From: Oscarella lobularis
Lineage: Eukaryota
Length of the DNA stretch: 64,000 bases
NCBI RefSeq assembly: GCF_947507565.1
Contig: NC_089179.1
Location: 926,681 to 990,680 of the forward strand
Direction of reading: 5' to 3'
The position numbers and the translations under genes are program-made. Positions 1 through 12,685 of the stretch are shown here, piece after piece. The notes under the pieces are model-generated. The model had not been told where the DNA came from and made no database searches. It worked only from the letters and a program-made list of their open reading frames with translations. Numbering within the stretch: the first letter of the stretch is position 1; each line of letters begins with the position of its first letter.

Positions 1-1232
1 ACCAAGTCAAGATCTTTGCTATGTCAAAACTGATAAAGGTAGGACTAGTGACTGATTTCTATTCTGTAATTATGGCGGGGTGCAGGCGAATGGACGAAAT
101 GTCAGAATGAATTGCTGCCATTAATTGCGACTCGGTATGGCCCAGCGAGGCGAGTGGCCGAGGCTCCTTTCATGATAGTACTGGGTAATGCTAAGGAAAC
201 GAAATTCTCACGCTAATCTTCATCGACCGCAGGAAATTCGAAGTCTTCCACCCTTCTTAACTACGCCGTATACATAGCCAATTTATTTCATCTCACGTCC
301 GACACTCGGACTCAGATCGTGAAGCATACAGAAGTTGACAACAGTACCCTAGGTCTGTAGATAATAGCGCTGTTTGAAAGGCTACCGCATTGTCGTCTAC
401 GCAGAGAATTTCAACTTGATTCTTCTGGGGCAGCCGGAGGAAAATCCCCTTCTGGCGAGGCTTTTAGGGGAGCTGCCAATAAAGTACGGCGAAGGAGGTA
501 TCTACGACCGCGTACGTCACACGAATATTCCTCAAAGGTAAATTCGTCTCCAGTTTTCGAATTTGGTCATTGCAAGTTCGGACGCAATTCCGATTCCGTG
601 GGATTATCTGCACTGGCTATTCACGCGTCGCGCAGAATGGCCTTGATTCTGACAGGAAATACTCCCCAGGCAATAAACGACGTGGTTTACCTGGCCACCC
701 CAACGATACCTCCAATGACCCGTTCACCCGTTAGTCTTACACTTTCTCGCACATTAGTGAACACATGGGAGTTCTCTTTGATTATAGTTTTCGAATCTCG
801 TTCCCGACTTCTTATTCATTGGGCCCGATTTTCAGTCGACTGGCTCTGGGTCCTACCTTTGTGCTGGCTACTGGGATCACGTTTGGACAAGTCGTGGTTA
901 CCAGGTGGCATTGAATCGGCAAAGCATGTCGTGTCCTTGTTAGCTCGTTTAACCAAATAGTTACCCTGTTCTAATCTACAGCACGAGTTAGTCTAGTGTA
1001 CTATCCGTTTTCGTGAAGGCCGGCTAAGTCTGGGCCGAGTCCGTGAGCTTGCTGCATGTGCTGTGCATACCTAATCAGAGAGAAGAGCACATATCGTCAA
1101 GTGCTGGCGACTGCGAGGTCTACGCACTTGTTCATCCAATCGTGAGCGACATCTCTTTTGCAAGCAGAAGTTGTAGCCAATTTATAGAGTACCTACAAAA
1201 ACGGTTCTATAATGAAATGATTGGTTTCTTAT

Positions 1233-4200
1233 TTAAAAGGCAACTGACGCCGAAGACAAGCAAATGCAGAAAAACCGTGTAGAAGAATATGAACAGGCGG
1301 GCAAATTTGCTGGACAGAATGAAACGCCCCTATAAAAGACAAAAAGCGAAAAGTAAAGGCGACGAATTGCGCCGCTTCGCGGTAAGACCATGTTAAGCGT
1401 TGCTTTTTCCGGTCCACTCAGGTCTACTATTCGTCTTTCTCGTTCCTGCAGCAGATCAATCTTGAGGTCAGTCGATATGTACCACACTACTTAGAATACC
1501 AACGCACTCGTCTGCTAAAGACCGAAAAGGGATCCATTCTTGCTTCGTACTCTCCCGAGTACTTGCTGATCGTTTCGTCGTGGCGAGTGCCACCGGTCTA
1601 TAAACACCGCGTCTGCTACTTGAAAAATCAATAGGAAACAGCGTATATGTATACTGATGATTGGTAGCCTTGAAGAAATTTGATCTTTTCGTAGAGCTTA
1701 ACGTTGTCCGAGCGAAGCGAATCGACTTCTGTTTTCAAACTTGCAACGAGCTGCTCTTTGTGCTTGTTCGTCTGTGACGCGCGGCCGCGTGAAAGCGAGC
1801 GGAAAACAAGAGACATCGGCGAAACTCACCGCTTCGAGCTCCAAATTCCTCATTCGGAATCGTTCCCTTTGGCTTGAAATGATAGGAAGCAACGACGCCT
1901 CTGTCGTCGTAGCCGACGAATCAACTGCGAGATTGAAATATTCTACGTCAAGACATACATCATCCAATCGATTGTGTCTTCTCTCGCCTTCGCTGACTGC
2001 ATCTTGAGCTGCCTTCGCCAGCACTGTGACGCCAGTGTCTCGGCAATCTTCTCCCTATCGGGATCGACGCTGTAGATATGCCGGCCACATGCAAGCTGTT
2101 CCTACCTCTCCTTCGGTGCGTGCGGGAAGAAAATTGCGAACGTTTGCCAAATCCGACTCCAGCTGCTGAATCAGTGTCGTCTGTTTATCTCTGTCTTCTT
2201 TTGATTCGGACAGCTCGGATTGGAGAGCAGCAGCTTGGGCTTGGCATAAGCTCTGAGAAGCAATCAAGGTGAGAAAATAGCAAATAGCTTACTTTGTAGC
2301 TCTGTTTGGGAGAGTCGAAGTTTTGTGTTCTCAGACTGAAGTTCTGGAGCGGAAATTGATTTTAGAAAGTGGAAAAATTGAACGAGCGTACTTCTATTCT
2401 TTGCTATCAGCAACGCTTCAAGAGTCTTGGCTTTTCCCTACAACAATTGCGTGATCGATGTTGCCACTTGCCAGTACAAAGCTCCTACTTCTTTTTCTTC
2501 TTCTTCAGATGACGAGAACTCCATAGACTTCAATATGCTGATGAACAAAAAAAACGTGAGCACTTTCCGACAGTATTGTCGGTAAAGCAACCTTAATTCT
2601 CTTTTCATTTCTTCGTAGTCTTGCTGCTCAACAAGCTTTCCTTCCTAGTCAAAAAAAGAGTCGCAAAGCCTCTAAAACAGTCCGATTTTCAACACACCAG
2701 GCTCTCTATGACGGCAGCCTGGGCGCCGAGTCTTTCTTCCAACACAACAACCTAAGAAACGTCAGTATTTCGGCACAAGGTAAAAAGAAACGACTTACTT
2801 TATTAGCCTCGCCGTCTTTTAATTTCGTCATAGCTCCTTGCAAACGCTGGACATCAGAGACAAGTTGGGCTATCTGCAGAAACGATTGCGACAAAAGTAA
2901 GTTCAACTCTCTAACGGCTCACCTCGCGTTCTTTGGCGGCAAGCTCAAGCTCCATGGTCGTTTGCGACATGCTGGCCATGCTCGTTTGCATGCTCGAACT
3001 CATCAACGCTTCCTCGCGTTGCGCCTGCTGATCCATTTTGACGCTCTCCTGAAGCAACTCGAGTTCTTTTTCGGCAACCAGCGCCCTATGATTCGACCGC
3101 TCGAGATCGGTTATGACAATAGAGACCTCGGACGTCCTGGACAACGCAAGAGACTAAGTAAGTATACGAGCTATGTATGGTTCACCGCTCACTTTGCAGC
3201 TAGATCTTCGTCGTATTTCGATTTGAGGTCGAGCACTTCCGACTGGGCGGCGTTGAGAGCTGAATGGGAAAAGAAGCCGGTGTCGATCCATCGCGTTTCT
3301 TCCGAGTTGGCTTACCCGTTTGCAAGGCAACGATCCTCTGCTCTGCCTCGCCCAACTTTGTGGCAACGGCGACTTGCGTCTCCTGCAAAGCCCTGTAAGT
3401 GCAAAATTGACAAGAAACGATGATTGGATAAAACTCTTTCCGCGCCTTTCAGCAGCCGTGTGTTCAAGTTGAAGCTCTTTCACTTTTTCTTGCACCAGAG
3501 CCTTTCCGGGAATTCTTTCATCAAGTATGACAATCTACCTGTTTTGGTCGCATTACCGCCATATCTTCTTCTCGCCTGTCCTCCATCTCTCTAATCTTTT
3601 CTTTTAGACAACCAATAGTAACCTCTACACAAGGGCTACGATGGACGTGTGCAAGTGACGTTGTCATATGAGCTTGCCTTGATTCTTCACTTGGGCAAAC
3701 TCGCTATTGTACTCAGCAAGAGTCTCTTTCAGCTTCTTATTCTCAATCTCAAAAGCCTGCAGCAATCATCTCTCTCTCACAAACACAATAAACGATACTG
3801 GGTCAACCTGTAAAGAATCTATCCTCCTTTGTTGGGACGCCACCTGCTCCAATGCAGCAGTGGGATCTGCCATGAACATCAGAAAAACAAGCACAAGCAC
3901 GCACAGTCCAGACTTCACCTGGAGCATCAGCAACTTTTCTGTATATATTCAAAAATGCTGTCTCGGCCGCTTTACTTCGCCGTGACAACGAGTCAACCTA
4001 CATCAGCTTGCCCCACTCAAAAAACGACAGTACCACGCCCCCCAACGAACTTCTGCCTGAAAACTTTTCAGCAATGGTGCCACCTGCTTTCTCGAATCCT
4101 GTTTTAATCCGATTAATTCATTAATTTTTTTCTACTGTAGGTGCGCGCGCATTGAGGCACACCTCAGGCACTGTTTTCTTGAACTCTCGACTCAATTCGA

Positions 4201-4372
4201 CGAGGCGTCGGCGCGACGTTTCCGATTCGTCTTGACGCGTCGCTATTTCGCTTGCCGTCACGTCGAGGTCATTCTGACGAGAAACACGGCACTGAAAAGG
4301 TTTTCTCGTCTATTTGTTCCTCACCTGCAGACGAGGCAAGTCGAAAACTCTCCAGTAATCGAGCACGGACAT
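1233..4372 (-). CDS. CASP: Golgin CASP (CUX1 alternatively spliced product homologue; coiled-coil Golgi tether with C-terminal TM), multi-exon
   Basis: First exon MSVLDYWRVFDLPRLQ followed by a gt donor matches the CASP N-terminus (FQYWKRFDLQQLQ). Further exons contain AAETAFLNIYRKV, IVITDLERSNHRALVAEKE, LLPIISSQRERFRMRNLELEA, and SLKTEVDSLRSDNVKLYEKIKFLQGYQ (the CASP C-terminal signature KLYEKIKFLQSY). After that come PEKATLNM and a hydrophobic tail. All exons are on the minus strand, separated by ~50-70 bp GT-AG introns. Confidence 0.8.
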
Positions 4373-5546
4373 CCTTTTGTTGTGTATTCTAACGTACGCT
4401 AAAGGTAAATATGCTGCCAAATCGATTGAACGCGTTCAAAGCGAAAGGTCTGCCCTTCAAGGAGGCAGTCAGACAGGTAGAAGCATATTTTTAATTCTTG
4501 CGTTGGAGCTCTAAACGCTAGAGATGCTTGGAACGCGTTCGAAGGAGTCGAGACAGGAGGATGAGTCAAAATCGTGATCTTACTAGCGACGATAATGTGA
4601 TTCAATTGATCAGAGAAGAAGCGCTACAGCTGAAAGAAGAAATAATGGAAGAAGAGGTAGAGTAGAAAATTAAATAGCTCCTTCTGTATCAATACTAATT
4701 ATAAGAATTTTTTTCAAGGGTATTGGACATTCATTTACTGATTGGCCTTGTGACGATATTGATAGACTGATATGTAGTGACGTAGCACTGCAGGCAGAAA
4801 TACAGGAAGCAGGCACGCTCTCTAACGAACGATATGACTCTTATAAAGAGTGGCTTACTGTGTAGCTGTTCTTCTGTTGGAGGAGGAGCTGACTCGTAGT
4901 TCAGTAGAAGAAGAAGAGGCGGCGGCACGTTTAAATGTAGTAGAAAAAGATTTGGTGGTTTGTCCACTGTGCAGAACGTATGCCCTAATAAGGAACGAAG
5001 GATCTTGATTGCTTATGTACTTTGCCTGCAACACGTAGGAACTATCTTTATCAAGTAGGATCAGTGATAAAATGCTCGTGCGGGGTTGCCATAGACACAG
5101 AGGTACAGAAGAAAAACGTTTAGCTAATACTATGTATTCTATTTCTATTCATTTTGTAGCAGGACTGTATTGGACTGTCGTACGTTAGGACTCAGCTTGA
5201 AGACCTCCACAGCGAACATAGGTAACTCCCGAGCACGGGTGTACACGCTGCTATCCTAATCTTCTTATGTCTTAGCTCTCAGTGTCTGCTTCAGCTAGAG
5301 TTTTCTTTGCAAACATTGCCAAATATGTCTAGAATTCATCTTTTGGTGAAGTGCAATGTGAGCACGGTCTCTTTTCTTCTCTACGCTAATCTTTCTCTTT
5401 TAGAATTGCAACTTTGTAGGAATTGTTGTCTAAGCTGAATGGATTTGTGGGAATTTATTGTAGACCATAGCAGGGAGACCATAGATTACTCCATAGCTCC
5501 ATAGATTATTTATAGTAGGCCTAGCGCACGTGGTCCTTTTGGAGAC

Positions 5547-7397
5547 ATGGCGTGCAGTCGCGTCTGTGGCGTAGTTTCCTCCGCCCTGTTGGACTACAAC
5601 ACGTCGAAGCTCGTGCACATTCGTAATCAAAAGATCGGACTCATCTACAGACTCGTGCAACTGGGAGTCATCGTCTACATCATCGGGTAGACAGTAAGGC
5701 CCCGGCCCCGGTCCGGCAAAGACTATTCGTTCTCTTGATCCTGTGTCAACGCCAGATACGTCATCGTTATAAAAAAAGGCTACCAAGAGACGGACACCGT
5801 CCTAAGTTCGGTGACGGCGAAAATGAAAGGAATGGCGCTGGTGAAAGGAAATCATACGGATGCGATTTGGGACGTTGCCGACTACGTTGTGCCTCCTCAA
5901 GTAGGAAAAAAAATGACAGGTTTACCTTTCTGATACGTTATGCACACTGCGTCTCTAGCAAACGGACTCCGTCTTCGTCACTACAAATGCCATTATAACG
6001 GAAAATCAGACATACGGTGTTTGTCCTGAGGTGAACCTACTTGTAGTGGGGCTCTACTGTACAGTAGGTGACGGACTCGCTTTTCCAGGATTCATATGTT
6101 GCTGCCGGTTCCTGTGACTTTGACGCTGATTGCCCAGCTGACACTCCAGTTCGAAATGGAAACGGTAGAAGTTTCACGACGTTTGCAACTTTCTTTATCT
6201 CTTTTTCTTCAGGTTGGAGAAACGGCACGTGTGATAATTCGACTCACACGTGTTTTATCTATGCTTGGTGTCCCACGGAGACTGATGTGGGCCCGTCAAC
6301 GTCTGTACTTTATAGCACAATGCTATTCTTTCCTGTATCGACTTGTTTTTAGGCCTCTGCTTGGAGATGATCCAAAGAATTTTACTCTTTTTATCAAGAA
6401 TAACGTTCAGTTTGAAAAATTTCATTTTCACAAGTAGCCATATTAATTTGTCAAGTAGATTATGTAGACGGAAGTTTTTAGGAGCAACGTACTGGAAGCT
6501 ACAAGCGGCGTAAACATATCGTTTCTTCGAAACTGCACATATAATGCCTCGGATCCTCAATTTCAATATTGTCCCATCTTTCGACTTGGAACCATTTTAG
6601 ATGAAGCAAACGAAGACTACGAACCGATAGCCCTTAAGGCATGCTACGTGACGCAAATAGAAATTCAAAAAAAATCGATAAATGTGTGCTAGGGTGGCAT
6701 CATGGGCATTTTCATCACGTGGAATTGTAACTTGGACTACTCCACCTCTCACTGTGAACCTAAATACAAATTCAAAAGGTGCTCTTAGATTAGAGGACTT
6801 AGTGTTTAGGAACGAGTCTCGTTTCTGCGTAGGCTTGATAATGCAAAAGCTGCCATTGCACCGGGCTACAGTTTCCGGTATCATCTCTGATTTTCTGTTG
6901 TCAATCATAATTAGTTTGATTCAGCTACCCAATCTATTATTTTGTGAACGGGGTAAAGTATCGACAGCTTGTCAAAGCGTATGGCATACGATTTCAGATA
7001 CTTGTCAGTGGGACGGTAAGTAATCTCTAGGAGGAACAAACGCATGAAGCGAGGAGATGGGATTCTTTTAGGCTGGAAGATTTAGCGTCGTTCCACTATT
7101 TCTAAACATTGGCTCTGGAATAGCTCTTTTGGGAATAGTGAGCGAGATTTCCTGCGGAAACGTTATCATACTATTATATCTGTTCATTGACAGAGTACGG
7201 TGTTGTGTGATCTGCTTGTTCTGTACGTCGTAAAGAGAAGGAAATACTACAAGGACAACAAGTACGAAACAATCGAAGACGAAGAAGCACTGGTGAGTGT
7301 CTCTTGTTGCTTAGCTTCGTAAGAAAAAGAGTTTGTTTGCGAGTAGTTTGGGCCCAAAGAAAAGAACTTGCAAGATTATAAGAAGGTTGAAGAATGA
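5547..7397 (+). CDS. P2X purinoceptor (ATP-gated cation channel), paralog A, multi-exon
   Basis: N-terminus MACSRVCGVVSSALLDYNTSKLVHIRNQKIGLIYRLVQLGVIVYIIG (P2X TM1 region). Ectodomain exons: EKGYQETD-like, SVTTKMKGVA, GSCDFDADCPADTPVRNGNG, CFIYAWCPTE, NFTLFIKNNVQFEKFHF, GGIMGIFITWNCNLDY, YGIRFQILVSG. TM2: AGRFSVVPLFLNIGSGIALLGI. Tail: YYKDNKYETIEDEEAL. Probable last exon FGPKEKNLQDYKKVEE*. Confidence 0.85.
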
Positions 7398-7575
7398 CGC
7401 AATTTTTGTGCAAGTAAGCGCTGGTCTCTGTGGCGCTAATCTCGTTATTATTTAGCCTTTGTAGTTCTCCCGCAGATACATTACGTATTGACAGTGCGTA
7501 ATACGGGAAAGAATTTAGCCCACATTGTGCACTCGCGCTACACTTTCGCAGTTCGGCGGTGCAATCACAAATCGA

Positions 7576-9430
7576 ATGGCGTGTCGTCGTTGCTGCGAGT
7601 CCACGTCGGGCGCTCTCTTCGAATACGATACGTCCAAATTGATTCACATACGCAATCAGAAAATCGGCTTCATTTACCGACTCGTACAGCTCGTCGTCAT
7701 CGTCTACATCATCGGGTTAGAACGAGAGCAAGAGCAAGAGAGAGCCTTCGAACGATAAGACCGACCTCGTGCCGGGGCAGATATGTCATCGTTCTAGAGA
7801 AAGGCTATCAGGAAACGGACACCGTGCTCAGTTCAGTGACAACGAAGATGAAAGGGGTCGCTCTCGTGCAAGAAGAAGGTCAAGAAACTCCGAACGTGTG
7901 GGACGTCGCCGACTACGTCGTGCCGCCCGAAGTAGGAGAGAAATTGGGTAGTATTTAATTGGAATCTAGCGGTGTCCGCGCGACGATAGCAAACCGACGC
8001 CGTTTTTGTCACGACGAATGCTCTCGTAACGAGGAATCAGACTCGCGGTGTCTGTCCTGAGGTAATCGCAAAGATCTGCCTACTATGGATGGGTGGTTGG
8101 GTGGTTGTATCTAATAGAATCTTTAGGATTACAATGTGGCTGCTGGTCGTTGTACAGTTGATTCTGATTGTCCGGCAGATACTCCAGTTCCAAATGGGAA
8201 TGGTTCGACTCTGGCTACTTGTATCTGCGCTTTCTCATCGTTGTTTTCTTCTAAGGTTGGAGAACTGGCACTTGTGATCTAACAACAGAGACTTGTCTTG
8301 TTTATGCTTGGTGCCCAGTGGAAAATGATAGTAACAGGTTGGAGCAATCTCGTGCAAAAGACGCGTAAGTTGTATTCGATTTTTTTTCTAGTGATACTGT
8401 TCCATCGCTTGGTAACTATCCATTGAATTTTACTCTCTTGATTAAGAACAACATCCAGTTTGAGAAATTCGGTTTCTATAAGTAGGTGATTGTCTGGTGA
8501 AACTTTTTAGTTTTGACGATTCTTCCCTTCCGTGCGTACAGAAGCAACATTCTAAATGCCACCAATAGCACGTTCTTGCAAAACTGCACATATGACAGTC
8601 ACGATCCGCTTCGACGATTTTGTCCAATATTTCGGCTCGATACGATGCTCGAAGAGGCAAAAGTGGACTACAATGATATCGCCCTAAAAGTAGGCTTGTA
8701 GAATCATAAACCATCATTGAAATGGCATGTTAGGGAGGAGTCATGGGCATTTTCATCAAGTGGGAATGCAATTTGGACTACTCTTCATCCAACTGTCGTC
8801 CGCAGTACGAGTTCAAAAGGTTATTTATACTAGTATACTTGCATGCTCAGTAATCAAAAAAGCCATTGCAGACTTGACAACGCAAATTCCTCTGTTGCAC
8901 CAGGCTACAGTTTTCGGTTGGTTAATTAAACGGTAGCTGATCTTCGTAACGTGCCTTCCTCAGGCACGCAATAAACTATGTGGTTGATGGAGTAATGCAT
9001 CGTCAGCTAACTAAAGCGTACGGAATACGATTCCAAATACTTGTTAGTGGAGAGGTAGGCGATTGATTGTTTGCTTTGTGTGCCCACTACAGTGTGTTTA
9101 CTAGGCAGGAAAATTTAGCGTTGTACCGCTCTTTCTCAACATCGGTTCAGGCATAGCTCTGTTGGGAATTGTAAGGGAGGAAGGGGACGTAAGGAGTGAT
9201 TCACTTTCGTTTTCTATTTATCTAGAGCACTGTGCTGTGCGATCTGCTTGTCTTGTATGTCGTAAAGCGAAGACAGTACTACAGGGACAACAAGTACCAG
9301 ATGATTGAAGACGAAGAGTCTCTGGTACGCTAATCTTTTGCTTACACGTGCATTGCGTTGTCATCGTATCTTGCGCACGTGTAGCTTGGCTTTGTCGAAA
9401 TCAAAGCTAGCAAGAAAGATGAAGACTGAC
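7576..9430 (+). CDS. P2X purinoceptor, paralog B (tandem duplicate of paralog A), multi-exon
   Basis: MACRRCCESTSGALFEYDTSKLIHIRNQKIGFIYRLVQLVVIVYIIG; VLEKGYQETDTVLSSVTTKMKGVALV..TPNVWDVADYVVPPE; CIVDSDCPADTPVPNGNG; GGVMGIFIKWECNLDY; YGIRFQILVSGE; AGKFSVVPLFLNIGSGIALLGI; YYRDNKYQMIEDEESL. Probable last exon LGFVEIKASKKDED*. Same exon order as paralog A. Confidence 0.85.
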
Positions 9431-9641
9431 GTTGCAGTCTCTGATGACCCTTTTTTTGTACTCTTTCTCCTATGCAATAGTGCCCAGCAGCGGGAGCAGC
9501 TTCCGTACGAAAAATGAAAAAAGAAGAATTGCTATCACGTATGTAATAAGTAATCCTATCTTCCCCTTACACGTACATCTCATCAAGGCTACAACAAAAA
9601 AAACGTAGAAATGCACGTAATGTACTATCACCGTTTTCTTT

Positions 9642-10710
9642 CTAATACAAAACAGCATCGTCGTCTTCGGCGAATCGTCGCAGCGCCATCTTGCTGTTTG
9701 GCGGCATCGTCGACATGGTCGCCAATCGTCGTCCGTGCGCGTTGTGCGCCGCCGACGCTCGATCGATGTCGCGGGAGCGCTCCTCGAACAGCATCAAATT
9801 CAACGACTCCTCATAGATTTTCGTCTCGGGAAATTCGATTTTCGTCTGCTTCTTCTCCGTCGCGTAAACAATTGATTCGCAACAAATCTCAGCGACTTTT
9901 TTCCCGTGCCCATAGAATGTCCAGCAGCAGATTTCGGACGTGCCGACAACGTCTTTGACGAACATGACGCGACTGGCAAACTTGACGCAGAGCCGATCGA
10001 ATAGCTCAATGTTTTTTAACAAATTTTCGTCGGAGTTGCTACGGCAAGAATTTACCACAACTATTCGCACATTCACACAGTATCAATACCTCGTATAGGA
10101 GTACTTGTTATTGCTTCGGTTGTACATGAGACGAACGACAGGCTACGTCACAAAGCGTGTAAGCCAATATTTATTTATTAAGTATTCACGATTTTTTCTA
10201 CTTTGCGAGAATTTTCCAGTATCTTCTGGAGTTGACCTGATGCTGTGAGCACGGGAACGTACGTCATCGGCGGACACGGATCGCGCAGCATCATCAATCT
10301 CGTTTGAATCTGCCTTTCAAGATCTTCAATGAGGTAATACTTTGCCTCGGCGAGCAATTCTTCCAAATCTTGTTGCGCCTCGGGCAGCGGCGTCGAACTG
10401 TCTCGAAAATAGTTCAAAATCTTCGCGAAGTGCTTGCCGCACCGATCGATGAGAACCCATCCTTGAGAAAGGGGTAAGATTTTTTTGACGTCACTGTTAG
10501 CGCACGCCGCGGAGACTCGCCTTCGGAATCGAGCAGCACGTCCATTCGACCGCTGAACATGGCCTTGAGCATGCTGTCGTGCTTCGTGAGCGTTCCCGTC
10601 GTCGTGTAGAAGAGCGTGCCGCCGATGTTGAGACGGACGTACTCGCCGTGCGTCGACGAGTAGCGAACGAGTTGAGCCGACGAGACGGCTGGAGGCGGCA
10701 GGTCGGACAT
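9642..10710 (-). CDS. BTB/POZ KCTD protein of the BACURD family (KCTD10/KCTD13/TNFAIP1-like Cul3 substrate adaptor)
   Basis: BTB region: [40 protein letters not shown], then [42 protein letters not shown]-terminal block: [86 protein letters not shown]. This is near-identical in pattern to KCTD10 ([50 protein letters not shown]). The apparent stop after ..KIVNT at 10178 lies in an intron. Confidence 0.8.
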
Positions 10711-10885
10711 TTCGTTCTCCGCTCCTCTCAGGTACGAGAGCGCGTCTGTGGCTATATTTAGAAGTTGTGCCCCTGGTTGATACTCCTAATGACGTAACGT
10801 AATTCACGTGCTCGACGGGGCGCGCCCCAAACAACACATTTCTTTGCATTTCGTTAGTTGTGCGATGCGAATCTCTACAACGTGT

Positions 10886-11104
10886 CTAGGCTTTTTTGTT
10901 TCTTGCTCGCTGCATGGCTCTGTCTCTGTTGAGCTTTTGCTGAAGCGTTTTGTAGACTGTCCAGCAGTTGCCGCAGGCTAGTATGAGAAACAAAATTCCC
11001 GTGGTGAACAACTGTAGGGGCAGAAAAAGTTTAGCTAATTTCTTTATGAAAGCATCACTTGCCTCCCACTGTCCTTTGGGTTTTCCACTGTTCCACAGAG
11101 CCAA
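10886..11104 (-). CDS. Small ORF with a C-terminal hydrophobic helix (possible terminal exon of the neighbouring coiled-coil membrane protein, or an independent small TM protein)
   Basis: 72-aa ORF ..LAKLFLPLQLFTTGILFLILACGNCWTVYKTLQQKL..; no recognisable family. Weak resemblance to the last TM of WRB/GET1 (GGVGITCWILVCNKV). Confidence 0.2.
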   Translation of the reverse strand: MALWNSGKPKGQWEASDAFIKKLAKLFLPLQLFTTGILFLILACGNCWTVYKTLQQKLNRDRAMQRARNKKA

Positions 11105-11631
11105 GAGTTGATAGGCGTTATAGAATTGCCAAGACTAGATATCGCAATTATAAATGAAACTGCCGAGATACTGATCGTTTGATTACATAGCCAAATATGA
11201 GTAAAGGAAGAAGAAATGTTAGTTCAGCCCACGTTTTTACTCTTGGCCCATCTAAAAACCGAATTTCGTTTATATCCTCGTTTTTGAGCATGCATTTATA
11301 CCTCTAGTGATGTCAAGTTCATGAACTTTGCCTAGCGTTACCAGTCGATACAAGCTACCTCTTTGATAATAGTATTGGACGTACTGAACAAAATCTGCGC
11401 GGAAATTAGATATAAGGAGCGACAGAGAAAACGCACTCACTCAGATACAATGAATAGGCCATCAAGTTAGTTCTGAACGAATAGTAGTTGGAACCAGCAT
11501 GCCTAGTAGACAATGTACTGTGACATCAATCCGCTGTGTATCTGAGTTACCACATCAACAGGCAGCATGAAACTACTATGGAGAGGTAGTGATGAAGCAC
11601 CCACCATCTGCGAATTCTGTTGAGAAATTTT

Positions 11632-12403
11632 AATTAAGATATTCGCTGCTAGTGTGCGGTTTTGCATTTTTGCACCTCGACCCGTTTTGTCTGAGAATTG
11701 TTTCTCGTATAGTAAGCGTGCAGTAGTACCAGACCAAGAGAAACTGTAGTGCAGCATCAGTCAATCTGCAATGGGGAAAATCCCAATACATTCCTATATA
11801 CAGCTGATATGTTTACCTATTGTGAAACACAAAAAGATTGGCCAGCGACAGAACGCCGGCTACAACCGTAACAAGAAGCTTAAATTTTTCATATTGCTGT
11901 TTATAAGAAGACCTAAACATAAAGTAGCTCTTTAAGCAAATCCTTTGCAAGGAAGAGGCTCGATAATTTTAATTGCTGTGTGTGGAAGGGGAGGAGGGAT
12001 TACCTACCGATCTTTCTTTGTCAGTAGCGTCACGTCCAAGTTGCCGAGTGTCAACAGTAAGAACCAACTATAGAAAGGTGCCCTACATTGTTCTATCTGA
12101 TATTTTTTTCATTTACTGGTTTGCTCTGGGTAGAGTGGCTTCGATTTCCTCGATCTTCCGCTTTCTATCGCTATACTGCTCGAGACTCGCATCGCTGTAT
12201 TTTTTAGCTCTATCATTTGTCGTCGTTGTCTTCGATTGGCTTGCTTACCTTCGCAAGGACTCGAGAGTCGCCTTGTGCTGCTTCGCCCTTTTACGACATT
12301 CGTCCTGAAGATCTCTGACCTCTTCTAATTTTCCCTGGATGCGTCGATACGTCTCCTGGAGGCTCGCGAACTCCGTTTCGGCTTTCTGCCACGTTTCGGT
12401 CAT
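11632..12403 (-). CDS. Small coiled-coil protein with predicted TM helix (unassigned family)
   Basis: Exon 1: [51 protein letters not shown], then a gtaagc donor. Exon 2: [27 protein letters not shown]. Its TAA stop overlaps a CAG|GTAAAT donor. A possible downstream exon encodes [27 protein letters not shown] (TM). Splicing and protein family are uncertain. Confidence 0.4.
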
Positions 12404-12685
12404 CGTGCTATCTCGCTAGCGCGCGTTAGTCAAAAAACTGTACTGAAATTGCGCTGAAATTCTGCAAAAATGAACTCAAACGACTTCAAAGACTCGACGT
12501 TAGCAGCAGGAGGAATCCCCAAGAGAGCCGGCGAACCGAAAAGCCGATTAGAAACATATCTACGACGACGTGCAATTGAACAATTCGCATTGCTCATTCG
12601 GCGAGACCTAACACTCGTCCAAAGTGTTGACAATTGACGCAGAAAACCCCCGAATCAAATCGAGACGAAGGCAAACTCCTTGCGC

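Noticed and set aside
1-1050. Possible exons of an unidentified gene at the window start (e.g. plus frame ..ENFNLILLGQPEENPLLARLLGELPIKYGEGGIYDRVRHTNIPQR followed by gtaaat at ~540; 120-aa ORF 598..960)
   Set aside because: There is no recognisable homology and the gene would be truncated by the window edge. I cannot support a call. The 598..960 ORF reads as low-complexity.
9642-10076. Stand-alone 144-aa protein with thioredoxin-like or GFRP-like look
   Set aside because: Weak initial resemblance to thioredoxin-fold proteins and to GTP cyclohydrolase feedback regulator. The segment aligns far better as the C-terminal domain of BACURD (KCTD10/13/TNFAIP1) and is contiguous with the BTB exons upstream, so I merged it into that gene.
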